A DNA stretch of 64,000 bases from Octopus sinensis (taxonomy: Eukaryota). The notes beneath the pieces are model-generated. The model had not been told where the DNA came from. It searched no databases and saw nothing but the letters and a program-made list of their open reading frames with translations. How positions within the stretch are numbered: position 1 is the stretch's first letter; the number at the start of each line of letters is the position of its first letter. Shown piece after piece: positions 11,479 through 24,323 of this stretch. The stretch covers positions 31,496,001 to 31,560,000 of the forward strand of contig NC_043007.1 of the NCBI RefSeq assembly GCF_006345805.1, written 5' to 3'. The position numbers and the translations under genes were made by a program.

Positions 11479-11630
11479 TAGTTGTGTATTTAATTATATT
11501 TCTTTCTGAAGCCAAAACAATCCAAGTTATGAAAATAATGCAGGTTGAAAAGGGGTCCTGACCCTGAAATACTGAAATGCCAGATAAAACCATCATCCTG
11601 CCTTATTTTTGGAAATTACATTGTTTTGGT

Positions 11631-11671
11631 TTCTATCTATCTGTCTATCTATCTATCTGCCTATCTGTCTT

Positions 11672-11735
<64 letters not shown>

Positions 11736-11736
11736 C

Positions 11737-11806
<70 letters not shown>

Positions 11807-11843
11807 CTTTCTCTCTCTCTTTCTCTCACTCACTCTCTCACTC

Positions 11844-11918
<75 letters not shown>

Positions 11919-11955
11919 CTTTCTCTCTCTCTTTCTCTCACTCACTCTCTCGCTC

Positions 11956-12022
<67 letters not shown>
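11631..12022. repeat. (TATC)n array with a duplicated (CT)-rich spacer
   Basis: The block ctctttctctctctctttctctcactcactctctc occurs twice about 130 bp apart. Confidence 0.95.
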
Positions 12023-12023
<1 letters not shown>

Positions 12024-12936
12024 CATACATATTGTGTGTGTGAGGCAAGCTGGCAGACTCGTATTCACGTCCCGTCCAGCTGAGGAACACATACGCCATA
12101 GAAACCGGGAAACCGGGCCCATGAGCCTGGCTAGGCTTTAAAGGGGCGCATTTATTATTTTTAGTCGTGAAATGATTATTGAGAAACTCAGGGTCACATC
12201 ATTTCAGTCACAATTTTATTTTTAATACAAGTAGGGTGTGGTTAGAGGGAGGTTTGTTTATTATTTCTAGTTGGCCGAACGACGACGTGGGCCCCCTCTC
12301 GTTGGTTCGCCTATCGTGGCTATTTACAGTTAAGTGGTCAAGTATCTTTGCCCAATCGTTGGTTGCTATACCAGCTGAGGCTTTACGAAGTACGAAGTCC
12401 TTCGGTGGGGGGCAGGTCTACTGGCAACTCTCTTCTCAAAACTAGTTAAATCATATTTTGAATTGCTTTGTGTTGCTGTCAGCTTATAATTGCAAGTGAA
12501 AACCGATCCTTGGTTGAGATTTAGTCTTCAAGTAGACTAATTAGTCTTGTAAAAAAGGAAGTTACTAATGGTCTGGTAGTTAACTATAGCCCAAGTACTT
12601 CAAGAAGTGGACCGACTTTCCTCCATTTCATGTGGGGTGTATATTGAAGTGTGTTGAACTAATACACAATTTCCGTACTGTTTCTATTTATTTCACATTT
12701 GTCTCAATATTTGTAAACATAGAGTATCTATCATTTAACCCTTTAGTTTTTAAACCGGCCATATCCAGCCCCCAAATATCCGACTTGTTTAAACCAGCAA
12801 GATCTGGTATGTCACATCTACCCTACAATGCCATTCTAGAAATAAACAATCGCACTCTCGAAATCTTGAGATAATCTACGATTAACTCAAAACTATGTGG
12901 ATAAAATAAATATCCAAACTGTTATATGTATTATAT

Positions 12937-13184
12937 TCTCTTTTACTTGTTTCAGTCATCTGACTGCGGCCATGCTCGAGCACCGCCGTTAGTCGAGCAA
13001 ATCGACCCCAGGACTTATTCTTTGGAAGCTTAGTACTTATTCTATCGGTCTCTTTTGGCGAACCGCTAAGTTACTGGGACGTAAACACACCAGCATCGGT
13101 TGTCAAGCGATGTTGCGAGGCTGGGGGACAAACACAGACACACAAACATATACATATACACATACATACATGCATACATACTTG

Positions 13185-13261
<77 letters not shown>

Positions 13262-13416
13262 GACGGGCTTCTTTCAGTTTCCGTCTACCACTCACAAGGC
13301 TTTGGTCGGCCCGAGGCTATAGCAGAAGGCACTTGCCCAAAATGCCACGCAGGGGACTGAACCCGGAACCATGTGGTTCGTAAGCAAGCTACTTACCACA
13401 CAGCCACGCCTGCGCG
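12937..13416 (-). mobile_element. SINE family A, full length with expanded internal (TA)n
   Basis: Tail, body, (TA)n and head ending gcctgcgc. Confidence 0.92.
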
Positions 13417-13804
13417 TATTACTTAAAAAAAAAAATTAATGATAAATCGGTCAAAGCATGCTCTACAATATGATGTGACTCGGAACAATCTCTTAGCCCC
13501 AATCTCACTCCTGTGGGACTTCAATTCTATGTTTCGTTAGGTCACACAAAGCAGTTATCAAAACATATTGTGACACCAATACGAAATGTCAACTCAAATT
13601 CGAAATCTCCCAACTGTCAACAGAGATATTCTGAACCATCCTATCTCTCTCGACATTCCATTTAATCAAACAATTAACCTTGCAGTCGCCTTTCTCTCTC
13701 CTACAACAATTGGAATTTTTCATTTCTATTCCCGCCCTACTTTCGTCATATATATATGTGTGTGTGTGTATCTTAGACCATCTGCCGTGTTGGAGCACTG
13801 CCCG

Positions 13805-14142
13805 CCAAGTCCACTCACAAGGCTCTGGTCGCACCGGGGGCTATAGTACGATGGACATTGTTGTAGAGCTGAAAAAGAGGTAATTTCTACTCTTCTCCTC
13901 TGGAAGCCATCTACTCGCAATACCAGAGGGCGCACACTCTCCTACCCTGATGTAATCTCCAGGGATACAGGCATCCAGCAACAGGACCTCCGTAATGCCA
14001 TGATGGACCGTGAAGTCTGGCGTAGCATGGTAAATTCCATTGTCTCGACCACGGTCGAACAATAATGATGATGACGAGTGACTTGCCCAAGGTATGACAA
14101 GCAATGGGAATGAACCCAGAACCATGTGACTGGGAAGCAAGA
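13805..14142 (-). mobile_element. Diverged SINE A 5' half interrupted by an RTE LINE fragment
   Basis: ccactcacaaggctctggtc...ctatagta | insertion | gacttgcccaaggt...gaacccagaaccatgtg. Confidence 0.75.
13853..14077 (+). mobile_element. 5'-truncated RTE-clade LINE 3' end with short (GAT)n tail
   Basis: Uninterrupted frame GHCCRAEKEVISTLLLWKPSTRNTRGRTLSYPDVISRDTGIQQQDLRNAMMDREVWRSMVNSIVSTTVEQ* (GHC...LLW.P...RGR...Y.D...D...MxDRxxWR motif), then taatgatgatgacga. Confidence 0.85.
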
Positions 14143-14746
14143 TTCACACACACACACATATATACGTGTGTGTGTCATCATTACGACAGTCCACATCACG
14201 CCACCGCACTCACCATCATCACAATGTCACGTGACGTCCTTCGTCTGCCGAAAATCCAAACTTTTAGCTTCTCACAGTCAATATTGTTAATGCAGTGAGC
14301 TGGACTGCAGTAACAATACTCAATCAATCCATAACATTTGAACCTTTCTCTAATTTGCTAGCTTTATAATGTTTTTTGTTTTCTCTTCCTTTTCTGATTT
14401 TAAGACTACGAAGGGATTTTAAGATTTGTCCGTGTAAGACAAGTCGTTTATAAAGCTTTTAGATCTATCGTTTCCTTCCCTTTTTTTTTCATTTTTATCA
14501 AATTACTACCGTATATTTTTGAATGAACATTGTTTCTTGTTTCCTAGTTGAAGATTTTGATTCAAATTTATGCAGCCAATTGTATCCATCTCTGCAGTTT
14601 TTGTCTATAACAATGCCTGTGTTGCCGCAGAGATTGGTGATGGCTGCATGAGTCTAGTTCAGCCAATGTGACGGTGGTGTGTGCTATTATTATTACGTGG
14701 TAATAATGATAGTACTTCTCTGCTGTTCACGGTGCTGCTGCTGCTG

Positions 14747-14780
<34 letters not shown>

Positions 14781-15052
14781 AAATATTAGCAATTGTCGTG
14801 ATAACATTTTACTACAAGAATCGATTTTGCGCTGCCAGGCGACTGTTGTTATTTAGCAACAAACATAACTGCCTGTACATGTATGCATACAATGTATGTG
14901 TTTGTGTATATATGTATGTATGTATGTATGTTCGTCGGCATCACGATCTATGTCTGAGCGTATCTATCTGTCTGTGTGTCTGAAAAGGAAATGTTGGAAA
15001 CTGTTGAATGAATACAAGTTATATATATTGTCTGGAACATGTTATTGCCCCC

Positions 15053-15292
15053 ACCTCTTTTCCCCTCTTCCTCCTCCTCCTCCCCTTCTTCTTTCTCTTT
15101 TTCTTCTTTTTCTTCTTTTTTCCTCCTCCTCCACCTTCTTTTTTTCTCCTCCTCCTCCTACTTCTTTTTTCCTCCTCCTCCCCCTCCTCCTCCTTCTTCT
15201 TTGTCTCTCTCCCTCTTCTTCTTCTTCTTCTTCTTCTTCTTCTACTTCTTCTTCTTCTTCTTCTCCTTCTTCTCTCTCTCCCTCTTCTTCTT
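15053..15292. repeat. Polypyrimidine/polypurine tract (TCC/TTC/CT)n
   Basis: About 240 bp of almost only C and T on the plus strand. Confidence 0.95.
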
Positions 15293-15545
15293 TATTTGGG
15301 TATAGCTTCATTGATTCGGCTGCCATTTTTCTTTTATAGTGTCAGACAGTCACGATTGAATTCCTCCGCCAGAAAACGATGCTCTGTGTTGTCTTGAAAC
15401 GGTTTTAATGAAATTCTTGCCGGTTCTCGTATCGCATACAGAAATATGGGTCGGCTGGAGTGTGAAAGCAGCGAATGCCATTAAACAGATTAGCCAATAT
15501 AGAAGATTACACATCCACCAATATATATCAACCATGCATGCATAC

Positions 15546-15590
<45 letters not shown>

Positions 15591-15771
15591 ATATATGCAT
15601 ACACACACACTATGCATACACACACACACACACAGAGCATGCTATGCCAACACGTGGCAGTGCGGGGAGTCTGGAAAACAAAAGTGATGAGAGAGTTTGA
15701 TGATGCAGATTACGGAGCATCTCTTCATGCGTAATGTTGACGCTTAGTGCACGCAGACACACACACACACG

Positions 15772-15806
<35 letters not shown>

Positions 15807-15819
15807 GCACGCACACACA

Positions 15820-15864
<45 letters not shown>

Positions 15865-15926
15865 AACATAGAGAAAAGTTAATTTACTATGCAAGCAAAA
15901 ATATGCTGTTGTATGTATATATATAC

Positions 15927-16341
15927 TCTTTTACTCTTTTACTTGTTTCAGTCATTTGACTGTGGCCATGCTGGAGCAGCGCCTTTAGTCGAGCACATAT
16001 CGACCCCAAGACTTATTCTTTGTAAGCCTAGTACTTATCATATCGGTCTCTTTTTGCCGAACTGCTAAGTTACGGGGACGTAAACATACCAGCATCGGTT
16101 GTCAAGCGATGTTGGGGAGACAAACACACACACACACAAACATATACACAAACACACATATATATATATATATACATATATACGACAGGCTTCTTTCAGT
16201 TTCCGTCTACCAAATCCACTCACAAGGCTTTGGTCGGCCTGAGGCTATAGTAGAAGACACTTGACCAAGATGCCACGCAGTGGTACTGAACCCGGAACCA
16301 TGTGGTTGGTAAGTCAGTTACTTACCACACAGCCACTCCTA
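15927..16341 (-). mobile_element. SINE family A, full length
   Basis: Tail (tactcttt)2 through head gccactcct. Confidence 0.92.
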
Positions 16342-16455
16342 TAAAATACATATATATATGAATGCATTATATATGCATATATGTATGTATATATGTGTGT
16401 GTGTGTGTATGTATGTATAGTATCTATATATGTAAAAATACATGATATAAATATA

Positions 16456-16512
<57 letters not shown>

Positions 16513-18043
16513 ATATTATATATAATATAGCAAATTAATATCTATTAATCAATACATACATGCATGTATGTATACGTGTGTTTGTGTTGTGTATGATAAT
16601 GTGAAAGACTGATAACATCCGTGTGCAGCTCACATACAATTATCAACTAAAGAAAAGTAGTGATGCAACAAGTATATATACATACATACTGTGACATAGC
16701 TAGAGTATGTGCCGCCAGGAGCAGTTCTTGAATGTGCCCATATCTCCACTACGCTACAGACATGTACATGTGTGTAGTGTGTGTGTGTGTGGTGTGTGTG
16801 TGTGTGGTGTGTGTGGTGTGTGTGTGTGTGTTGTATGTGTGTGTGTGTTGTGTGTGTGTGTACATATACAGTTTTAATTATAATCGTTAGTCCGACAAAA
16901 TATAGTTTGTTGCGTTAATGATTACGGACCAATTGCTTGTTCACTCTGAAACTAATCTTTGCGCTCGTTTACTCTAAGTGGCCGGACGTAACTTCTCTGG
17001 ATTTGTCGGTCCAGGAATTCATACCTACCTACCCCACATACATACATACATACCATACATACATACAACATACATACATACACATACATACATACATATA
17101 TATATATATATTATATATATAATATTATATATATAGATATATTATATATATATATAATAAATTAATCAATATAGGGTGGCAAAAAAAATTTTGTAGAATT
17201 TTTTTTTGCCACCAGCGGCCTAGTGGGAAAAAATTAATTTAATTTAATCAGGTTAGTTTACCATTAAACAGCAGATGAAACGGTGCATCGTATAAGAAAT
17301 TACAGGGTAAATGTTTTTTAAATTTTCTCCTGTTTACGGAATTGATTTTTATTTGCGGTTGAAGCTTTGGCTGTTATTTCTAGTGGGTGAATGGCCTATT
17401 ATGGCCGTTCCTTGATTGTTGATATATATATATATATATATATATAGACATACATGTATGTGTGTGTGTGTGTGTGTGCGTTTGTATGTGTGCGTGTGTG
17501 TGTGATTGTTTGCGCGTATGCATGTGTGTATGTGTGTGTGTGTGTGTGCGTGTGTGTAAGGCCGGGGTGTAGATTTGTGGACAGAAAATCCCACCATTAG
17601 TCTTTTAGCTATATTTATTTGTTAATAAGCGTTCACCTGTTGTGCCACGAACTAAAACCGTAAGACTTCCTGATTCAGTCCGCTTAGCTATAATTAAATT
17701 CCAGGCTGAAGTTCCACTCATAACAATGATGTTGCAGAAGAGTTGTCACCGAAGGGCATGTTGTCATCTTGTGTGGCTGGGTTCAGATTTGTTTCTGCAA
17801 ACAGAAGCTGGGGTATAAGTCTGAACTAGTATATGCCCTAATTATTTTCATTTCCGTTTTTACTTTTCAAGAACAGGCTCAGAGGATTGTTGTTTTAAGG
17901 AATCAATAATAGAATCTGTTTGATTTCGCTTAAATTTATTTGCCTCGAGTTTTGTCGTGCTGACGATTCGAAAGAAGAATGAAATAGCGCTCTACGTGGC
18001 TACCAATGACTGGAAATATTAACATCTTTATAAGGCGTATGGA

Positions 18044-18358
18044 GGAGGCGCAATGGCCCAGTGGTTAGGGCAGCGGACTCGCGGTCGTAGGATCGCGGTT
18101 TCGATTCCTAGACGGGCGTTGTGAGTGTTTATTGCGCGAAAACACCTAAAGGTCCACGAGGCTCCGGCAAGTGGGGGTGGTAGCGATCCTTGCTATACTC
18201 TTCCGCCACAACTTTCTCTCACACTTTCTTCTGTTGGCCTGCTCGCTTAGCCGGCGGGGTGGCGTCGTTTGAAGGCTAAAACACTGCGAAGCGCATTGTG
18301 ACCAGCGATGTGTAGCAACCTCTGATAGCCTGGTCGGTCACGGTGATCACGGTGATAA
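18044..18358 (+). mobile_element. tRNA-derived SINE family D
   Basis: Head ggaggcgcaatggcccagtggttagggcagcgg...ggtttcgattcc with A/B boxes; 3' end with the repeated cacggtgat. Confidence 0.85.
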
Positions 18359-19589
18359 CGCGTATGAGTGAGAAATATTAAATGTGTATACTCTGTACAC
18401 CTTTTTTACTCTTTAATTTAAATTTCGAACTCTCAAACTCTCAAACTAATTTAATCTAGAAAGGATTGGTCTCCTCTATGATAGTCGAACACTCGGAGTA
18501 GACCACGAGTAAATCCAGGAGTTTGATCAACAGCAGAAGCCTGAACTCACTGTCCATACTCATTCACTTGATTCACAAACAGCCTCAGTCGTAGCAGTGG
18601 AGAGCAAATATTTTCCACGACTTACGGTGTAACATTAGATCCATAACGGGAACAAAGTATTCGAGTTTAGTTAAGTATTTCAGCTTTGGATACCAACGTA
18701 TCTCTAATGTAAATTAATAGGCATTAACACAGATGATCACAAGGCATGTATAATTATATGCCTATGCGTATAATTACATAAATATATCTAATATTTGGGA
18801 CATAGTGCTTCATTTATACACGCATGCTTGGTTTCGACTTTTAAGTAATTTTATGTCAACCACTGGCACTTTCGAATGAAACATTGGGGTAAGATGTAAT
18901 TAATGTCTCCGAGCTAAATGTTATGGACAGAGTATTCGGCGTCACCAGAAGCAATCATCAGAATGAAGGGGTTAAATTAGTTACAAGTGAATGAACATTG
19001 AGAGGAAGTAGTTCACAGCATTGCTTCGGTCGGCCAATGTTTGTGATTGTGTTGAAGGAACGGAACGGACATTACAGTGTGAGCAGAAAAATCTTGATAC
19101 ATATTACTTGGTGGGTGATGGTGACATTCAAAAGGGACCTGGTAAAATATAGGACAGACGTAGTTAGAGAGGAAATTCCGGACGGTTTCAGTTCTGGAAA
19201 CAACGGGTTTAGCAAAGTTTTCAGGGCAATGTTTGGCAGGGTGAAACTCAGTGAAATGGCGACAGGGAAGTCGAGTGCAAAAGATTTTGTCCGGCGTGCG
19301 AACAGTTTTGCCTGCTCGCCGCCTTACATTGGAACAATTAATGGCATTAGGTTTCTAAACAGTCTCCACAAGAACATAAAGATGATTCAATACGATCTGT
19401 TCGGGAATGAATACGCTTTTAAGGAATGTGGAACCTTGTTTGAAGCCAAAAAAGTCTTCGTTAACTATATTCAGTAGTTGATAGGCTTTGTACGTGGATA
19501 AATTTGGCTGGAATAATGGAGGAATAAGGTTTGATAGTGTGGTAGCATATATGCACGCATATACACTTATACAAAAACTCACACCGATA

Positions 19590-19667
<78 letters not shown>
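19590..19667. repeat. (TATC)n microsatellite
   Basis: Direct reading. Confidence 0.95.
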
Positions 19668-19668
<1 letters not shown>

Positions 19669-20347
19669 ACGAATATAGATATGTATAGATAGATAAATGG
19701 GTAAATATATGTCTGTATCATTTATACATATATTATATGTATATATATATATATATTATACATATATGTGTGCATGTGTGCGAGAATGTGTCTGTGTATG
19801 TGTGTGTGTGTGTGTGTGTGTAGTCGCACACTCGCACAACATGAAAGAAAAAGAAAATTATATTCAGTGACTTCACATGTTTATGTAAATATTTGAATAG
19901 ACAAAGCAATAAGAAAAGATATTTATCTTGGTTCTTCTATTTTGTTGAGTGGCGTTTAGTAGCAGCAAAGTCTGTTTCAGAAGAGACCATTCTGTGGACG
20001 GAATGGAAGGGAAGAAACGGAACAGTGTAATTGAAAACACGACGAGCTTTGCGTTACGTAATTCTGGAAAAGTATAACGAAAATAATTGGTTCTTATGGT
20101 CGACATTCCAGAGAGTTGAAGTTTAGCAAACTGACAACTGACAATTATTGTTATTCGCGATAGTCTCTGTAAGAATATGCTGTGCATACACACACACACA
20201 CACCCACACACACACACACACACATACATACATACACACATACATACATACATACATACATACATACATCCTACATCATACATACATACATATACGTATA
20301 TTCAAATATATATTTATACATATACATTATACAAGCATATATATATA

Positions 20348-20399
<52 letters not shown>

Positions 20400-20417
20400 T
20401 ATAATATATATATATAT

Positions 20418-20533
20418 TTCGCTTTTGGATTTGGTTTGCAAGATTATTTACGTGAGTTCGTGTGTTGGTGAGTCAAGACTGTTGAAAAGGTTGCAAGATG
20501 CAACGAAAATTTTAGGAAAATAAAAATAAGAAA
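20418..20533. mobile_element. Family P2 element: inverted 3'-end fragment joined to a forward 5' fragment
   Basis: 20418-20468 is the reverse complement of the P2 3' end; about 20471-20533 is the P2 start; preceded by long (TA)n. Confidence 0.65.
20477..20516 (+). ncRNA. Minimal hammerhead-like motif with U3-A8 core variant
   Basis: CTG | TTGAAAA | G | GTTGC-aagat-GCAAC | GAAA-A-T-T-T | TAG. Confidence 0.5.
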
Positions 20534-20534
20534 T

Positions 20535-20585
20535 ACCGTAAATCCTCGAGTATAATCCGCACTTTTTTCCCAAAAATTTAAAGGT
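20535..20585 (+). mobile_element. Tc1/mariner-like MITE left end
   Basis: taccgtaaatcctcgagtataatccgc, related to the ends at 29508 and 50360. Confidence 0.5.
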
Positions 20586-20589
20586 TATC

Positions 20590-20822
20590 AGCTTCGGTTG
20601 TCAACCAATGGCGGTGGAACAAACACGGACACACACACACACACACACAGAAAAATATACAACGGGCTTCTTCCAGTTTCCGACTATCAAATCCACTCAC
20701 AATGTTTTGGTCGGCCCAAGGCTAGAGTAGAAGACACTTGCAAAAGGTGTCGCGCAGTGGGACTGAACCCGGAACCACGTGGTTGGTAAGCAAGCTACTT
20801 ACCACACAGCCACGTCTGCGTC
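20590..20822 (-). mobile_element. SINE family A, 5' half
   Basis: ggttgtcaacc...gggcttcttccagtttccg...gccacgtctgcg. Confidence 0.85.
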
Positions 20823-21121
20823 TATTTAATATGAATTATAATTATGGAAGAGGCTTTAAATGTCTGTTAAGTATTATGACAACCTGTTTCCAAACTTGAT
20901 ATAACGATCAAGTGCAGGATTTGCTCGTCAGTTTGTGCTGCTCTGTGTACAATGGCGTTTCGTCGTCGTTGCTTATACAAATATATTTGCGTAAGTAGGT
21001 GGGAGTCTGTGTTTTAATTCATGAAAGTTGTTTTAGATTATGTGTAGGAGTAATTTTGCATGACGAGTCTAAGTAACTAAACACAGATTTAAGAGATCCT
21101 CTATTTATATTGTTGACGACG

Positions 21122-21192
<71 letters not shown>

Positions 21193-21429
21193 CATTAGAT
21201 AAACATATTTTTAGGCTTCTCCAACATTTTTTAAGAAAGAAAGACAGACCGGTTTGTTAAATGACGCAACACATCAGCGCAGAAGTAAAAGAAAGGTCTC
21301 ATAATCGTCATATATATATATATATATATATATATTAGGACGTGAAATGTAAAAGCCGGACTAGATTATTTTATGCGCAACTCCATTGTCTCCCGAGACA
21401 AAAGGATGTCAATCATATATATTACATAT

Positions 21430-21486
<57 letters not shown>

Positions 21487-21489
21487 CTA

Positions 21490-21520
<31 letters not shown>

Positions 21521-21562
21521 GCATATATATATATATATGTATATAATATATATATATATATC

Positions 21563-21609
<47 letters not shown>

Positions 21610-21662
21610 CATACATATATATCTAGTATACTATATATACATATACATCATTTAATATCATT

Positions 21663-22130
21663 ATTCGACAAACACCGTATATTTCCAGATATTATACTTT
21701 TGTTGTTCATGTGTGATAGTCCTGTGCCCACATATATGCCCAACTGTATATACATATAATGTAAGTATATACGAATGATATATGCATATATATATATATA
21801 TATATATGATATATATATATATTATATCTATATATATGCATTACGCATTCGGTAACATACTTACATTTATACGTACATACATTTGCATATGTGGGCACAG
21901 GACGTCACAACATGTAAACAACAAAAAGTACGAAGACATGGAATATCGACTTTTTTGCGAACAATGAAAGAAACAAATGGAAAACAAGACAGACAACACA
22001 AAGAACGACCTTTCGTCAGGTGTCGGCTGTTTTTCTAATCCGTATTTCGAGCATTTCCCCACAAGATACGTCTTCGATAAAACAGTTACTCCCGCAAAGC
22101 AAATTAGATAAAATTTGGGATTGTACGTGT
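21663..22130. mobile_element. Diverged fold-back element with (TA)n spacer
   Basis: Arms ~21663-21790 and ~21833-21961 share the inverted motifs gtcctgtgcccacatat, aatgtaagtat and tacttttgttgtt. Confidence 0.6.
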
Positions 22131-22144
22131 AATTATTTATTTAT

Positions 22145-22370
22145 ATTTTACTTGCTTCAGTCATTTGATTGCGGCCATGCTGGGGCACCGCCTTTAGTCG
22201 AGCAAATCTACCCCAGGACCTATTCTTTGTAAGCCTAGTATTTATTCTATCGGACTCCTTTGCCGAACCGCTAAGTTACGAGGACGTAAAACAGACCAAC
22301 GTCGGCTGTCAAGCGATAGGAGGGGGACGAACACAGAACCACATACAGTGATATAATAATACATATATAA

Positions 22371-22412
<42 letters not shown>

Positions 22413-22485
22413 AAAGACATCCAATGTGCAACGCGTTGGGACTGACCCCGAAGCAATGTGGTTGGGATGCAAACTTCTTACCAAT
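22145..22485 (-). mobile_element. SINE family A with internal deletion
   Basis: Tail, body and degenerate head. Confidence 0.85.
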
Positions 22486-23849
22486 AAACATAGTTTAATT
22501 TTTTTTTCTGAAACTAAACAACGGCAATAACAACAACAGCAATAATTTGCATATTTGGAAAATGTTCGGGAGGACTTTGCTCTCAAAGCATTAGTTTTCG
22601 ATTCCCAACGGTAAACGAACTTCAGCGATCATCTTCTGCTAACCAAGCTACGACTTGTTTCTTCGTTTTCGTTTTCTTTTTATTAATTTAGTTACAACAT
22701 TTAATTTATTTACAGCAACAATAACAACAACAACAACAGCTGTAGTAGTAATAATTGCAACATCTGAAAACTAGTAAAATTACTGTTTATGTTTGGAATG
22801 CATTTCAGAAATATATATCTTACACGTACAACAGCGGGCTTGATTTTGATATTTCTAAATGTAATGGACTCTCATTGAAGACAAACCCTTCCATTAGCGT
22901 CGACTGCGTTCTCCGTCTTCGCTCTCTTCTCTCATTTCGCTTTTTCTGTGCAACTTAAAACTTTAAACAACATCTCGTTGCTGTTTGGTTTTTACACAGA
23001 AAAATTTAGCTCATACGGATGAAATACTATATCCTACGAAATTCATTCTATTTAATACCCGCCTACATTGGGTGTTTTCTCTGCATATTAGTTAGAATAT
23101 TACCCCCGACGTTCTGAAATCGGTAAACGGTTTTTATTAGACAGAATATTTCAAGTTGGGAAAGTCTGAGAGCAAGCTGGTTACGTGCTGCAGAGATATT
23201 TTATGCAGACATTTATGTTAATGGTTTACTACCGTTCTCTGGAATGTTGGGAGGATTCAGGATAATTCGGTTGGCTTTTAGCGATAGAACAAAGTTGATG
23301 TTAGCAGTTGGGTGTAATTTTAAAAGGTCGGCTGCCTGGATAGTCATTAGGATTTTATCTCTGCCTACGAGGAGGGTGTTGTTGATTTTGTTATTAATGT
23401 TGCTTTACGTTGAATTTCATTCGAAGCTTTTATTTATTGCGTTTCTTGGCTCTGTATATTTGGTACTGGTGCAGCTGTTGGTGGTGCAACTAGTTCTGCT
23501 GGTGTGGTGCCGGTGGCTGCCAATGCAACCGTTCTTGCAGATGGTGATGTTTTTGTTGCTTGTTTTCGTTCCTGTTCTAATGTTTACCACTGAATACTTT
23601 TTTGTTTTCTATTTTATCATTTATTCTGAGAGAAATGGGAGGAAATGTAAACTTATAAACCTTTATAGGTGAATTAGCAGAAATGGCAGAAGAGAAATAA
23701 CAGACTGACTGATGACCAACATGAAAGGTTACAATAGGTGGACAGAAACCTGAAAAGTGATGGACAAAACTGTAAACACAGACACAAATAACATTAAAAG
23801 TTGTGTACTGTTTATATCAAAGTAGAGTAAGAAGCAAGATAAAAGAAAC

Positions 23850-24240
23850 ACAAGGTGTTTCTAGATCAGGGGACATAAATTCCAGAAACATTGAATTCGC
23901 AGTTGAATGGTTGTAATTGGAAGGGAAATGATGGACAATGGAAGAACTCTTAAGAGATGAATCTTTAGAAGAGCAAGGCAGATTGTTTGGGACATAGACA
24001 AAGCTTGAGTCTCGTTGAAAATGACGAGAGAATGTAAAGCATTGGGCAACAAGTTGGATGGGATACATACAGAAGTTTTACCAGTCTACAGTCAGCGTGT
24101 TCAAAGGATTAGAGACCAGTGTTGTGCACGTAGAAGGCAGAGAAGAACGAGGCTGGAATACGAGCAGGTTGTTAGAAAGATCTAAAGACTTTAGACATAT
24201 TAGTCGCTTTTCAACAACCAATAGTAACATGAAACTTCAG
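23850..24240 (-). mobile_element. Possible highly degraded CR1/Jockey-like LINE 3' end
   Basis: Minus-strand peptide ...HFPSNYN followed, after a frameshift, by FNVSG resembles the terminal FPxxYNLxxFKxxV motif; weak similarity only. Confidence 0.25.
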
Positions 24241-24323
24241 CTTATGTTTCTCTACTCTATTAAGCTTAACATTTTCTATGAAGGCGGCATTTAGATTATA
24301 AATATAAAATAGATTATATCAAA

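Noticed and set aside
12937-12960. Recurrent strong splice-acceptor-like ttttacttgtttcAG
   Set aside because: It is the antisense tail of SINE A, present in every minus-strand copy, and is not evidence of exons
15008-15397. Glu/Arg-rich or Ser/Leu-rich ORFs
   Set aside because: Translations of the polypurine/polypyrimidine tract
18044-18120. tRNA-like heads of SINE families (also at 26620, 28247, 30082, 52371, 59700)
   Set aside because: A/B boxes are present, but no complete cloverleaf is evident and each continues into a SINE body; not functional tRNA genes
18998-19477. 159-aa non-repetitive ORF
   Set aside because: No true ATG start or recognisable domain; the minus strand contains a decayed SINE B head (about 19289-19325)
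20865-20940. Minus-strand CTGACGA...GAAAC...GTC hammerhead-like string
   Set aside because: Helix I cannot form on either candidate cleavage triplet
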